From assembly GCA_965261595.1 (NCBI GenBank), contig CBDHDG010000007.1, positions 672,001 to 736,000 of the forward strand: a stretch of 64,000 nucleotides of DNA. The letters run 5' to 3'. Shown here piece by piece: positions 9,803-20,432 of this stretch; position 1 is the first letter of the stretch, and each line of letters starts with the position of its first letter. The position numbers and the translations under genes were made by a program. The notes under the pieces were generated by a model, which saw only the letters and a program-made list of their open reading frames with translations, was not told where the DNA came from and made no database searches. This DNA is from a bacterium. Lineage in GTDB: Bacteria > UBA8248 > JACPRG01 > G963555815.

Positions 9803-10744
9803 GTGGACGTCGAAGCCCGGGCGCGGTTTGATCCCATCCGAAGACTGCCGAAAGCGAATGAGCGGCTCCTGACCCTCCTCCAGGGAAGATCGGAAAGCGA
9901 TTGGGCCGGTCCCACGAACTGCGGGGACTGGACCGTCGCCCAGCTCGCCGCCCACCTTGTCATCAACGCAAGATTCCTGGCCGAATCCGTCCGGGTTTGT
10001 CTGGACGAATCAACAAGCCGCCCAAATCCCAGTGACCTCGAACAGGGAGGGGGGGGGGAGCCCGGTGAGATACCCGCGGCGGCCCCCCTCCCCCCTCCCC
10101 CGGACCCGCCCCTGCCCTTCGGCGTGGCCGACCTGTCGGCCTTCAACGACTGGCGCGGCGAAGAAACGGCCCGTCTCGTGGGTGACGGACCGGCGCTCCT
10201 CCTGTCGAAAATCGAAGAATCCGCGTCCGACCTGCAAACGCAAATCCGGCGAATTCAGCACGAGAACGCCTCCATCCCGTTCTGGCACCCGTCCGGCGAA
10301 GGGAGACTCGGCTACATTCCGACGTTCAGGCTGTTCGAGCTTCAGCTTCACGGCTGGGACGTGCGGGTCATGGATGACCCCAGCGCCCGCCTCGACGAGG
10401 ATGGGCTTCCGCTGATGACGGATCGCCTTCCGCTCATGCTCGGCCGGTACGCACGGCTGCGAAGCCGGCCGGACCACCCGCGCGGCCGCGCGCGGATCGT
10501 CCTGACGGACCCGGCGCGGAACTTTCTTCTGGATTGGCGGGGTCCGGAGAGCCGGGCGGCCATCGACGACGGCGGGCCCGTGGCCGCGACGCTGACGGGA
10601 CAGTCAGAGGTCTTCGTCCGGCTGGCCGGCGGACGCGCGGACAGAGAGGCGTCGGAGCGGGCCGGTTTGTTTCACGTTCTCGGGGACGTCGCGGCGGGAA
10701 ACGCCCTGGCGGAGGTCCTGTTCCGGCCGCTGAAGTATCTGTAG
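9803..10744 (+). CDS. MDMPI/DinB-like (maleylpyruvate isomerase family) protein with SCP2-like C-terminus
   Basis: PTNCGDWTVAQLAAHL and RLFELQLHGWD motifs; start uncertain. Confidence 0.75.
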   Translation: MDVEARARFDPIRRLPKANERLLTLLQGRSESDWAGPTNCGDWTVAQLAAHLVINARFLAESVRVCLDESTSRPNPSDLEQGGGGEPGEIPAAAPLPPPPDPPLPFGVADLSAFNDWRGEETARLVGDGPALLLSKIEESASDLQTQIRRIQHENASIPFWHPSGEGRLGYIPTFRLFELQLHGWDVRVMDDPSARLDEDGLPLMTDRLPLMLGRYARLRSRPDHPRGRARIVLTDPARNFLLDWRGPESRAAIDDGGPVAATLTGQSEVFVRLAGGRADREASERAGLFHVLGDVAAGNALAEVLFRPLKYL

Positions 10745-10826
10745 CCTGTCTCTGAAAACCGACGGTCGGGCATCGGCGACGCCCGGGGTGTGATTTCCCG
10801 CTCGCCGGCGGGCCAAACAAAAATCA

Positions 10827-11221
10827 AGCCGAAGGGGGTCTGTAAGCCGGGTTCTGTACCCCGCCGAAGGCGGAGCCGCGGCCATTCATCTAGGACCGCG
10901 GTTGCCCGCGGCCTCGAGCGGCCTACCCGGAAGCATCGGACGAGCAGTCCTCAAGCGCTTCCCTATTTGGCCTTGCTCCGGGTGGGGTTTACCGAGCCGG
11001 CCCGGTCACCCGGGCCGCTGGTGAGCTCTTACCTCACCGTTTCACCCTTACCGGCCCCCGGAAACCGGGGACGTAGGCGGTCTGTTCTCTGTGGCACTTT
11101 CCCTGGAGTTCGCCCCCTGAAGGGCTCCCCCGGTGGGCGTTACCCACCACCCCGCTCTGTGGAGCCCGGACTTTCCTCCCGCGCGTGTAACACGCCGGCG
11201 GCCGCGCAACCCCCTCCGGCT
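10827..11221 (-). ncRNA. rnpB: RNase P RNA (class A)
   Basis: GAGGAAAGTCCGGGCTCC, AGTGCCACAGA, GTGAAACGG, ACAGAACCCGGCTTA; complementary termini. Confidence 0.97.
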
Positions 11222-11443
11222 AAAAAGCAACGAATGACCGACAGATTATCTCATATAGACTTAGTTCTTTTTGAACGACAAATCACATAATTCCCAGGGG
11301 TTGGAAACCCCCTGGCAGGGCGGGCTTCCAGCCCGCCATCCGGTGGCGGCCAAGATGGCCGCCCTACGCGGCCGAGCCGAAGGCTCGGCCTTTCCCGCGC
11401 TTGGAAGATTCGAGATTCAAGTCGGTTTTTTCGGCGCGAAATG

Positions 11444-11510
11444 AAAGTTTTCGAGGGGGGCCTTGGGGGGACACACCCCACCGGGTGAAGTTTCCAAAAT
11501 GTCCCCCTAA
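11444..11510. repeat. Intergenic palindromic repeat (copy 1)
   Basis: AAAGTTTTCGAGGGGGG...GGGGGACA...CAAAATGTCCCCC also at 61651-61700. Confidence 0.7.
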
Positions 11511-11514
11511 GGTC

Positions 11515-12132
11515 TTAACCTTTCGCCTCATCGATTGCCTGGTTGGCGAGGGCGTCGGCGCGGGCGTTGCTTTCCCGGTAGACGTGCTCCGCCCGGAAGG
11601 ACTCCAACCCGCTGATGAGCCGCCGGGCCTTCGCGTAAAGCCCCTTGAGGTTTTCGCTCCTGACTTTGTAACGCCCTTGAAGCTGCCGGGCGAGAAGCTC
11701 CGAATCGCAATGGAACAGAACCCGCCGCGCGCCCCGATCGAGCGCGGTCTCGAGGCCCAGGATCAGCGCCCGGTACTCGGCGACATTGTTGGTGCATTCG
11801 CCGAGGTGCTCGAACGCCTCGCCCACAACATCTCCCGCTTCATCGCACAGGACCACCCCCGCCCCGGCCGGTCCGGGGTTTCCCCGGGAGGCGCCGTCGG
11901 CGTACAGGATGATGGAGCGGGGAAGGCGCCCCTCCGGCGCTTCCCGGGTCACCCGGGCCGGCGGGGCCGGCGGGCTTTTCGAAATCCGCTCGGCCCCGGT
12001 CTCCAGGGCGCGCCGGACATCTTCCCGCGTCCATTCGGGATGGTCGCGCAGGAGCCGGCCGACGTCCAGGTCCTCGGCCAGGCGTTTGAGGATTTTTTCG
12101 GGGTCCGGCGCGTCGGGCGCGTCGGGGTTCAC
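11515..12132 (-). CDS. rnhA: Ribonuclease HI with N-terminal extension
   Basis: DGASRGNPG, TNNVAEY, DSEL, N.RAD.LAN. Confidence 0.92.
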   Translation of the reverse strand: MNPDAPDAPDPEKILKRLAEDLDVGRLLRDHPEWTREDVRRALETGAERISKSPPAPPARVTREAPEGRLPRSIILYADGASRGNPGPAGAGVVLCDEAGDVVGEAFEHLGECTNNVAEYRALILGLETALDRGARRVLFHCDSELLARQLQGRYKVRSENLKGLYAKARRLISGLESFRAEHVYRESNARADALANQAIDEAKG

Positions 12133-12890
12133 GCCTTCGTAGGCTCCGCCGGCCGCGGAGACTCGGCGGGCGATTCCTCTATCTCAGGGACGTAAAGAAT
12201 GCGGCTGCAATTGGGGCAGGTCTTGATCTCGTCGCTGTGCTTGATCTCGTGAACCAGTTGCAGAATGAGGCTTTGGTGGCACCCGGTGCAGATGGTCCCG
12301 TTCAAGGCGGCGACGGCCCAGCCTCGGACGGGCTTGATCCGCTGATATTCCGACAACCAGTCAGGGTCGATGTCGCGCTCGATTCGCTGATGATCGTTTC
12401 GCAGATTCGAGAGCTGATCCTCAATGCGCCTCAACCCTTCCTTCTTTCCCTCTTGCCGGCTGCGGGCTTGGGCCTCTTCCTCACGAAGGCGATCCGCGCC
12501 CCGGCGGATGTCCTCGATCATTTCTTCCGACGATTCCATCATCTCGAGGATTTCCGTTTCCAGCCGGTCTATCGCGCCCTTGATGCCCTCGATCTCCTGG
12601 AGGAGCGCGGTGTATTCCTTGTTCGTCTTGATCGCAATCTGTTTGCCCTGAGTTTTGCGCATCCGCTCGCGCTCGGACTCGATGTCGGCTTCCCGCCGCG
12701 CGCGCTCCCGCTCAAGGTCCTTGCGGCGCTCTTCCAGGCCGGCCTGCTTCGCCCGGGCCGCTTCCCGCTCGGCTTCGATCGACTGAAGGGCTTTCGGGAT
12801 CTCTTCCGCCTCGGCTTCCAGGCCGGCGATCTCCCGTTCCAGGTCCTGAAAATCTCGAAGGGATTGAAGCTGTAACTTCTTATCCGTCAC
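12129..12890 (-). CDS. Coiled-coil C4 zinc-ribbon protein (DUF164-like)
   Basis: Long coiled coil, CTGC and CPNC; typical context. Confidence 0.88.
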   Translation of the reverse strand: MTDKKLQLQSLRDFQDLEREIAGLEAEAEEIPKALQSIEAEREAARAKQAGLEERRKDLERERARREADIESERERMRKTQGKQIAIKTNKEYTALLQEIEGIKGAIDRLETEILEMMESSEEMIEDIRRGADRLREEEAQARSRQEGKKEGLRRIEDQLSNLRNDHQRIERDIDPDWLSEYQRIKPVRGWAVAALNGTICTGCHQSLILQLVHEIKHSDEIKTCPNCSRILYVPEIEESPAESPRPAEPTKA

Positions 12891-12941
12891 GATGGCTTCT
12901 TCTGGTTCGGCCGGTTTCCCGCCCAGCCTGCAGGTTATGCG

Positions 12942-13017
12942 TGGTGGGCCCGCCTGGATTCGAACCAGGGACCGACCGGTTATGAGCCGGTGGCTCTGAC
13001 CGCTGAGCTACGGGCCC
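12942..13017 (-). tRNA. tRNA with CAT anticodon, probably tRNA-Ile2 (lysidine)
   Basis: Full cloverleaf GGGCCCG...CTCATAA...TTCGAAT...ACCA; Ile2 vs Met inferred from acceptor stem and position after rpoD. Confidence 0.93.
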
Positions 13018-13082
13018 CGCTCGCCCCGGCCGGTCCTGGCCGCCGACTCATTCCGCCGGGTCCGGCCGCGGGATAGGATGAT

Positions 13083-14798
13083 TCAATCCGCAAAACTTCG
13101 CAGACGCTTGCTGCGGCTCGGGTGCCGGAGCTTGCGCAGCGCCTTGGCCTCGATTTGGCGAATCCGCTCGCGCGTCACTTCGAACCCCTGGCCGACCTCC
13201 TCCAGCGTGTGCTCGTTGTCCATCCCGATCCCGAAGCGCTTGCGAAGGACCTTTTCCTCGCGGGGGGTCAGGGTCTGCAACACGCGCAGGGTCTGCTCCT
13301 TGAGGTCCATCTTGACCACGGCGTCCTGGGGCGCAATCACCTGTTTGTCCTCGATGAAGTCGCCCAGGTGGCTGTCCTCTTCCTCGCCGATGGGCGTTTC
13401 CAGGGAGATGGGCTCCTTGGCGATTTTCAGGACCTTGCGCACCTTGTCCACCGGCATCTCTATCCGATCGGCAATCTCCTCCGGCGTGGGCTCGCGCCCG
13501 TTTTCCTGGACCAGATAGCGGGAGGTCCGGACCAGCTTGTTGATGGTTTCGATCATGTGGACGGGGATCCGGATGGTCCGGGCCTGGTCGGCAATGGCCC
13601 GCGTGATGGCCTGGCGGATCCACCAGGTCGCGTACGTGCTGAACTTGTAACCGCGCCTGTACTCGAACTTATCCACCGCCTTCATCAGGCCGATGTTCCC
13701 TTCCTGGATCAGGTCGAGGAATTGCAGACCGCGGTTGGTGTATTTTTTGGCGATGCTGACCACCAGTCTCAGGTTGGCCTCCGCCAGGGCCTTTTTGGCC
13801 TGTTTGTCCTTGGCCCGGCCGCCGGAGATCCGCTTGAGGGTCTCGGCCAACTCTTCCCGGCCGGCGCCCACTTCCTGTTCGATCTTCCGGATGCTCCGCT
13901 GATGGGACCGGATTCGGCGGTCGAACTCCATCAGGATTTCCACTTTGTGCCGTCCCTTGCGGCAGCGGCCGGTGCGCTTCGTTTCCCGCAGGATGCGCCG
14001 GAGCTCGGCGACGTCGAGATCGACCTCTTCCAGCAGGGCCTGAACCTGGCGGTCATGCGCCCGGATCTCGCGATAGCTGGTCTTGATCTTCGCGATGATG
14101 CCGTCAATCTCGGCGGGAGCCAGACCGACCTCCTGAATCAGCTCCACGATGCGATCCTGATAGCGCTTGATCGACTTCATCGCGCTGGGCGACGGACCGG
14201 CGGCCTGGGATTTCAGGAGCCGGCGGTGCGTGTCCCGGACCTTGCCGATCAGCGCCAGGATCCGGTTCTTTTCCCGCTCCTCTTCCGATACAACCTTCTC
14301 TTCCCCTACGTTGATCCTCGTGATGTTCAGCGCGCGGATGTGTCCTTTCCGCAGGGCGTCGCCAAAGTCGATGACGTCCTTTATGGCCACGGAGGTGGAG
14401 ATGGCGGCCTGGATCACCTCCATCTGACCCTCCTCGATCCGCTTGGCGATCTTTATCTCCCCATCGCGGCTCAGCAGGGGGATGGAGCCCATTTCCCGCA
14501 GATACATCCGAACCGGGTCATCGGTGCGCCCCAAATTGGAGTCGTCCACCTGAAATTCCCGCGCCGGGGCCTGCTTTGCCGATTCCTGGTCCGTGGACGA
14601 GTTTTGCTGAAACTCCAGATCCTTTTCGATGACGTCGATGTCGGTTTCCCCGAACATCATCATGATGTCGTCAATCTGTTCAGGGGTGACGACATCCGGA
14701 GGCAAAAAGTCGTTGACCTCTTCGTAGGTGAGGTAGCCCTTTTCTTTCCCCAGGGAAATTAGCTGCTTGACCTCGTGAAGTCTTTCCTGATTCGACAT
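13083..14798 (-). CDS. rpoD: RNA polymerase sigma factor RpoD
   Basis: [45 protein letters not shown]. Confidence 0.98.
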   Translation of the reverse strand: MSNQERLHEVKQLISLGKEKGYLTYEEVNDFLPPDVVTPEQIDDIMMMFGETDIDVIEKDLEFQQNSSTDQESAKQAPAREFQVDDSNLGRTDDPVRMYLREMGSIPLLSRDGEIKIAKRIEEGQMEVIQAAISTSVAIKDVIDFGDALRKGHIRALNITRINVGEEKVVSEEEREKNRILALIGKVRDTHRRLLKSQAAGPSPSAMKSIKRYQDRIVELIQEVGLAPAEIDGIIAKIKTSYREIRAHDRQVQALLEEVDLDVAELRRILRETKRTGRCRKGRHKVEILMEFDRRIRSHQRSIRKIEQEVGAGREELAETLKRISGGRAKDKQAKKALAEANLRLVVSIAKKYTNRGLQFLDLIQEGNIGLMKAVDKFEYRRGYKFSTYATWWIRQAITRAIADQARTIRIPVHMIETINKLVRTSRYLVQENGREPTPEEIADRIEMPVDKVRKVLKIAKEPISLETPIGEEEDSHLGDFIEDKQVIAPQDAVVKMDLKEQTLRVLQTLTPREEKVLRKRFGIGMDNEHTLEEVGQGFEVTRERIRQIEAKALRKLRHPSRSKRLRSFAD

Positions 14799-14882
14799 AT
14801 CGACGTCCTTTTTCCAAGCTTCGGCCCGCAAACCCCCTGAATACCCTCTCGGGCATCATCCGGCCGAGGGGGCCCGCATGAA

Positions 14883-16814
14883 TCACTCCGCCTGTGTCAC
14901 CTCCTGAAGGGGGCCCAGCTTCTCTTTCCTCATGGCCTCCCGCTCTTCCGTCAAAGACTGAACCGCGTCTTCGTCCCCGCGCCGCTTGGCGTCGTCCATC
15001 CGGGACCGCCAATCTTCTATCCGGCGCTTCAAGCCGTCACCCAATATCCGGGCGATGCATTCGCCGGCCGCACGCTCCGGCTCATCCGCCCAGGCAGGCG
15101 GCGCCATGGCCAACGCGGCCGCCAGCTTCTCCACATCCGGATCCCCGACGGCCGCCAGCACGGCCGGGACGAATTCCCCCTCGTCCAATCCGCCGGCCTT
15201 CGCCGCCCCGGCGCTCGCCACGGCGGCCGAGCCGATGCGGCGGAGCCGCGGGTCCGAGAACAACTCCATGGGAAGCTCCAGCCGAGCCGCAAGCTCAGGA
15301 TGGCTCAGCAGGACCTGGACCAGCATCTTCTCCGCCGGGGGAAGGCGCTCGGACTTCGCCTTCATCTCCACCGTCGCCTGAACGCCCTCGTCTCTGCGCC
15401 CCCGGGACCGGAGGGCCCGCTCAGCCAAATCCCCGTCGATCCGAAGCCGCTCGCTCAAATCCCTCACGTACTCCCGCCGTACCGCCTCCCGCTGTCCGGA
15501 CAAGAGCGAAGCCGCCTCCTGGAGGGCTTCCAGCCTTCGCTCGATGGGCGAATCCGCGGGGTGCGCCGAGACCGTGCGGTCCAGCAGGTAATCGATCAGG
15601 TTCTCGGCCTTCTCCAGAAGGACGCCGAAGGACGCCGCGCCGCGGCTCCGCACGTAGCTGTCGGCGTCTTCGCCCGACGGCAGGACGACCACCCGGAGCG
15701 CCATCCGGTTCCAAGCGCCTCCGCCGGGACCGCCCATTTTCAATAATGTGGTCAATTCTTTGCCGCCGCGCCACTTTTCCGGCAGATCGGTCTGCTGATA
15801 GGTATCGAGCAGCATCGCGCCGCCCCGCCGGGCCGCGCCCTCGCCGGCCGCATCCGGGTCAAAACAGAACACGAGGGTCTCGCAGAAACCCTCCCTTCGC
15901 AAGCTCCCGACGTGATCGGAAGTCAGGGCCGTGCCCATCGAGGCCACGGCGTTCTTTATCCCATGCTGATGAAGGGCGATAACGTCGAAATAGCCCTCCA
16001 CGATCAATGCCGTCCGCTCATCGCGGATGGTCTCCTTGGATTCATGGAGGCCGTACAGGATTCGGTTCTTTCTGAAAACCGGCGTGTCGGGCGAATTGAG
16101 ATACTTGGGGGCATTCTCGTCTTCCTCGCCGCCGAAGATCCGGCCTCCAAATCCCGCAATCCCTCCGCCCGGGGTCCGGATCGGGAAGACGATGCGTCCC
16201 CGGAACACGTCGTAGGCCCCGTCTCCCCCCGCTCCCCCGGATCGCGGCTTGGCGAGCCCGGCCGCCACCGCCTGGCGGGACGAAAATCCGTTCCGGCCCA
16301 GATATTCCAGGAGGTTCCGCCAGCCCGCCGGTGCGAGCCCGATGCCGAACGTCTCGATCGACGCGTCGGAGATTCCGCGGTCCGCCAGGTATTTTCGGGC
16401 GCCGGCACCGACCTTCGACGACAGGGCGTCCCGGTAAAAGCGCGCGGCCGTTTCGTTGATTTTCCGAATCCCGCGCCTCATCCGCTCCTCGCCGTCATCC
16501 GCGGGCGTATCCGGCGCCGAGGCCGGAAGCGCGACCCCCGCCTTGTCCGCCAGGATCCGGATCGCCTCCGGAAAGGTCAGGTTCCGGTGAAGCATGGTGA
16601 ACTTGAAAATATCTCCCCCCCGAGAGCAGCCGAAGCAGTAGAAGATCCGTTTTCCCGGATGAACGTTGAAGGAAGGGATTTTTTCCTCGTGAAACGGGCA
16701 CAGGCCCTTGTAATTGGCCCCGGCCTTTTTCAACGGGACAGACTGGGAAATCCAGTCGATAATGTCCACCGAGTCCCGGATCCGGCCCAGAATCTCTTCT
16801 GAATAACGCGCCAT
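14883..16814 (-). CDS. dnaG: DNA primase
   Basis: CPFH..K.PSF zinc finger, PKYLNSP, VEGYFD TOPRIM. Confidence 0.96.
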   Translation of the reverse strand: MARYSEEILGRIRDSVDIIDWISQSVPLKKAGANYKGLCPFHEEKIPSFNVHPGKRIFYCFGCSRGGDIFKFTMLHRNLTFPEAIRILADKAGVALPASAPDTPADDGEERMRRGIRKINETAARFYRDALSSKVGAGARKYLADRGISDASIETFGIGLAPAGWRNLLEYLGRNGFSSRQAVAAGLAKPRSGGAGGDGAYDVFRGRIVFPIRTPGGGIAGFGGRIFGGEEDENAPKYLNSPDTPVFRKNRILYGLHESKETIRDERTALIVEGYFDVIALHQHGIKNAVASMGTALTSDHVGSLRREGFCETLVFCFDPDAAGEGAARRGGAMLLDTYQQTDLPEKWRGGKELTTLLKMGGPGGGAWNRMALRVVVLPSGEDADSYVRSRGAASFGVLLEKAENLIDYLLDRTVSAHPADSPIERRLEALQEAASLLSGQREAVRREYVRDLSERLRIDGDLAERALRSRGRRDEGVQATVEMKAKSERLPPAEKMLVQVLLSHPELAARLELPMELFSDPRLRRIGSAAVASAGAAKAGGLDEGEFVPAVLAAVGDPDVEKLAAALAMAPPAWADEPERAAGECIARILGDGLKRRIEDWRSRMDDAKRRGDEDAVQSLTEEREAMRKEKLGPLQEVTQAE

Positions 16815-16837
16815 CTTCGGCCTTTCAGAAACGCCCT

Positions 16838-19270
16838 TTATAGGCGGGCGGGGGATGGGTCCCCGGCCATCTCCACAATGGTGACGCCTTCTCCGCCGGC
16901 CTCGCGCGCGGCCGGGAAGAAATTCTTGACCAGCGGATTCCCTTCCAGGGCTTCGGCGACGGCGCGCTTGAGCGCCCCCGTCCCCTTGCCGTGAATGATC
17001 CGCACAAAGGGAAGACCCGAAATCGCCGCGTCGTCCAGGCATTGCTCCACCCGCCGGAGGGCCTCTTCCACCCGCTGCCCCAGGAGGTGCAACTCGAAAC
17101 CCGACGCGCCGCCCGAATCCTCGCGGGATTCGGCATGCCGCTCGAAGGTGACGCCCGCGTCCCGGCCGCCGGAATCGTCCGGAAAGTCCTCCGCCCGGCC
17201 CAGGATCACCAAGTCCCCCTCGGCCAGCCAGGCCCGTTTTCCCCCCGTGGCGACGCACCACTCGCCCCGGGCGTTCTTCTCCTCTCCGACGACGCCCCGC
17301 CATCCCATCGATCGCGAACGGACGAGATCGCCCGCGCGGACCGGGCGCCGCTCGGCCTTTTCGGCCTCGGCGGGCGGGGCGCCGGCCAAAACATCGTCCC
17401 GGGACCTCTCCAGGGCGGCCACGCTCTTCCTCGCCCGGTCTTTCATTTCGGGAAGGGCCTCGCGCGCGGCGCGGCCGGCGGCGCGGATCGCCCGCTCCAG
17501 GTCGAGGACTTTCAGCCGGGCGTCGTGAAGGAACCTTTGGGCCTTCGCCTCAAACCTCTCACGCCGCCCGGACAACAGCCCGCGCGCTTCGCTAACCTCC
17601 GCCCGGGCCGCTTCGAGGGCCGCCCGGTCCGCCTTCGACTTCTCCTCGAGGGCCTGGAGCCGCTCTTCCCGGGCCTCGAGGCGGTCCCCCCTCGCCCGCA
17701 CTCCCGGATCGGTCCCCCGCGTCAGGTCCCGGGCCCTTTCGACGACGACTTTCGGCATGCCCAGGCGCTCGGCCACGGCGAGGGCATAGCTCGTCCCCGC
17801 GATTCCCGATATCAGCCGGAAGGTGGGCAAAAACCTCCGCCGGTCGAACTCGACCGCCGCGTTGAGGGCCGCCGGCGTCTCATCGGCGTAGGTCTTCAGG
17901 GCTTCCTGGTGCGTGGTGACAATGACCCACGCCCGCTTCGAGGCCAGGGTTTCCAACACGGCCACGCCCAGGGCCGCGCCTTCAGCCGGGTCCGTTCCCG
18001 CGCCCAACTCGTCCATCAGGATCAAAGAGCGCTCTGTCGCCATCTCCAAAAAGCTCACATGATGGGCCAAACGGGCTGAAAATGTGCTCAGGCTCTCGGC
18101 GAGGCTCTGCTCGTCGCCGATGTCGGCGAAGATCCGATCCAAATAGGGAATCTCCGTTCCCTCCGCGGCCGGCACGGGGCAGCCCGCGTGGGCCAGCATG
18201 GCGAGCAGGCCGACGGTTTTCAGCGCGATCGTCTTCCCGCCCGTATTCGCGCCGCTGATGACAAGCTGGCGCTCTTCGCCCTCCAGGCGCACATCCAGCG
18301 GAACGGTCCGCCGCCTTCCCTTCTGACGCTCGATGAGCGGATGGCGGGCGCCGGACATACGCAGGACGCCGGCATCGTTCATCTCCGGCTCGACACAATC
18401 GAATTGCTCGGCAAACCGGGCCATGGACAATCCCACGTCGAGATCCACCAGCCAGCCGACCAGGGTCCCGAGGGAGTCCCGCCCATCGAAGATCCGGTCC
18501 GTCCACTCCTTCAGAATCCGGTAAGTTTCCGCCGTTTCCTCTACGCGCAGCTCCGCCATCCGGTCGTTTTCGGACTGAATCAGGAGCGGCTCGACGTACA
18601 GGGTCTGGCCGCTGGCCGACTGGTCGAGGATGAGCCCCTTCAAAGTCCTGCGGAAGCCGGGCTTCACCGGAATCACGTAGCGGTCGCGGCGGATGAGGAC
18701 AAGCGGCTCCTGGAGAATTTCCGACCATCCCGACATCCGGGATTCGAGCGTCGCGCGAACCTCCTCCCGCAGGCGTCTGAGGCTTCGGCGGACACCCTGA
18801 AGCTTAGAGCTGGCCGTGTCGGCCAGGCGTCCGTCCGGATCCAGGGATCGGCGGATGCTCGCGGCCAAGGGGGGCAGGGCGGAAAACTCCGGAACGTCGG
18901 AGAGAAGAGCGGGGCAGCGGTCGGCGGCTTCTTTCAGTCCGCGCCGGGCGGATTCGGCCCGCTCGACCACCTCGGCCACCGCCAACAGGCGCTCCGGCTC
19001 GATGGGCTCGGCCCCGTATTTCAGCGGGGTCAGCCAGGTGCGGAGGTCACTGAAAGGATCGAGAGGAAACGGGCCCGTGGAAAGGAAACGGCGCATTTCC
19101 GCCACGCGGCGGAATCGCGATTGGATGAGCCGGGAAGAATCGGAGGGCAGCAGGCCGAGCAGGGCGTCCGCACCGGGCCGCGACGACGCGAAGCTTTCCA
19201 GAAGCTTCCGAAACGCATCGAATTCCAGCGCCGAAACGGCGTCTTCAGCGATGATGGACCGGAAGCTGAT
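16838..19270 (-). CDS. mutS2: Endonuclease MutS2
   Basis: GANTGGKT, DIGDEQS, DELGAGTDP, Smr IIHGKGTG; frame open upstream of 19105 through ALEFD to an ATC after GAGGAGG. Confidence 0.93.
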   Translation of the reverse strand: MSFRSIIAEDAVSALEFDAFRKLLESFASSRPGADALLGLLPSDSSRLIQSRFRRVAEMRRFLSTGPFPLDPFSDLRTWLTPLKYGAEPIEPERLLAVAEVVERAESARRGLKEAADRCPALLSDVPEFSALPPLAASIRRSLDPDGRLADTASSKLQGVRRSLRRLREEVRATLESRMSGWSEILQEPLVLIRRDRYVIPVKPGFRRTLKGLILDQSASGQTLYVEPLLIQSENDRMAELRVEETAETYRILKEWTDRIFDGRDSLGTLVGWLVDLDVGLSMARFAEQFDCVEPEMNDAGVLRMSGARHPLIERQKGRRRTVPLDVRLEGEERQLVISGANTGGKTIALKTVGLLAMLAHAGCPVPAAEGTEIPYLDRIFADIGDEQSLAESLSTFSARLAHHVSFLEMATERSLILMDELGAGTDPAEGAALGVAVLETLASKRAWVIVTTHQEALKTYADETPAALNAAVEFDRRRFLPTFRLISGIAGTSYALAVAERLGMPKVVVERARDLTRGTDPGVRARGDRLEAREERLQALEEKSKADRAALEAARAEVSEARGLLSGRRERFEAKAQRFLHDARLKVLDLERAIRAAGRAAREALPEMKDRARKSVAALERSRDDVLAGAPPAEAEKAERRPVRAGDLVRSRSMGWRGVVGEEKNARGEWCVATGGKRAWLAEGDLVILGRAEDFPDDSGGRDAGVTFERHAESREDSGGASGFELHLLGQRVEEALRRVEQCLDDAAISGLPFVRIIHGKGTGALKRAVAEALEGNPLVKNFFPAAREAGGEGVTIVEMAGDPSPARL

Positions 19271-19282
19271 CGCTCCGCCTCC

Positions 19283-19630
19283 TCAACGAGAATAAACCGA
19301 TTTCACGAAACCCCCCAGCCGCGGCCGCGCGCTGAGCCCCCTCACAGAAGCAAAAAATCCGGTCACGCCGCGTCCATCGGGCGAAAAGGACCGGATCGCG
19401 TTTTCGATAAGCGAGGAGATATTCCTGGAAAAATAAAGGAGGGTTCGGGGATTCCTCAGCGCCTGAATCAGGATCGGAGGATCTCCCACCATCCTCATAC
19501 CGGGCGGCTCCATAGATGGGAAAAAGGGGTCAGTGGATAGAGAAACGGAACCCGGGGCTGTTCGAATGCCATCTCCGACACCAGCGCGCTCAGGAAGCGT
19601 GAAATCAATGGGAGAATCAGTGAGATTCAT
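19283..19630 (-). CDS. Hypothetical protein (possibly eroded CvpA-like gene)
   Basis: Between a strong promoter and mutS2; only positional and weak resemblance. Confidence 0.3.
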   Translation of the reverse strand: MNLTDSPIDFTLPERAGVGDGIRTAPGSVSLSTDPFFPSMEPPGMRMVGDPPILIQALRNPRTLLYFSRNISSLIENAIRSFSPDGRGVTGFFASVRGLSARPRLGGFVKSVYSR

Positions 19631-19648
19631 TCACTTGGCTAAACGAGA

Positions 19649-19677
19649 AATATATTGTCCTCCCATGGATTTGTCAA
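19649..19677 (-). promoter_or_regulatory. sigma70 promoter
   Basis: TTGACA-N17-TATATT. Confidence 0.75.
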
Positions 19678-19685
19678 TGATAGGG

Positions 19686-20372
19686 TCATGGATTGGCCCT
19701 CTCCCTTTTTTCACGAATCCCGGATTTTCCGAATCTTCTCTCCAGCTCCGAGAAAACCGCCTCCGGGTGAATTCCCTCCGATCCCAGAAGGACCAACAGG
19801 TGAAACCAAAGGTCCGCCACCTCGGCCGTGATTTCGGACGCCTCCCCTTTCACCGTTGCGGCGATTATCTCCGCTGTTTCTTCGTCCAACTTTTTTAAAA
19901 TCTTGTTTTTTCCCGAGCGCAGGAGGGATTGAACATAGGATTCACTGTCCTCCCGGCCCGATTCCTGGGCGTCTTTCCGCGACTCGATCACTTCGAAGAC
20001 GCGCCTCAGAACCCCGTCCTGGATCCAGGCCCCTACGGACCCGGGCTCATCGACCTCGCCCTCGGGGGTGTTGAAAAAACATGCCGGACGGCCCGTGTGG
20101 CAGGCGACGCCCTCCTGTTCCACCCTCACCAGAACGGCGTCCAGGTCGCAATCGAAGTGCATGGCCTTGAGGCGCTGAACGTGCCCGGAGGTCTCTCCCT
20201 TCTTCCAGATCCGGTTGCGCGACCGGCTGAAATAGTGCACGGCGCCGGTCTCGCGCGTCAGCTCGAGGCTCTCGGCGTTCATGTAAGCCAGCATGAGGAC
20301 TTGTCCTGTCCGGTCGTCCTGGGCGACGGCCGGGACAAGACCCCTGTCATCGAAGGCCACTTCGACGTTCAT
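19686..20372 (-). CDS. hisIE: Bifunctional phosphoribosyl-AMP cyclohydrolase / PR-ATP pyrophosphatase
   Basis: [26 protein letters not shown]. Confidence 0.95.
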   Translation of the reverse strand: MNVEVAFDDRGLVPAVAQDDRTGQVLMLAYMNAESLELTRETGAVHYFSRSRNRIWKKGETSGHVQRLKAMHFDCDLDAVLVRVEQEGVACHTGRPACFFNTPEGEVDEPGSVGAWIQDGVLRRVFEVIESRKDAQESGREDSESYVQSLLRSGKNKILKKLDEETAEIIAATVKGEASEITAEVADLWFHLLVLLGSEGIHPEAVFSELERRFGKSGIREKRERANP

Positions 20373-20432
20373 GACGTTCTCCTCGGAGCGGGGGGGGAGG
20401 GGGGGATAAAGGGGGGGAGACGCCCCGCCCGG

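Noticed and set aside
14883..17303. 806-aa extended DnaG, and similar extended HisD, HisG, PrfA and AlkA ORFs
   Set aside because: The extensions overlap upstream genes in another frame; conserved starts lie downstream.
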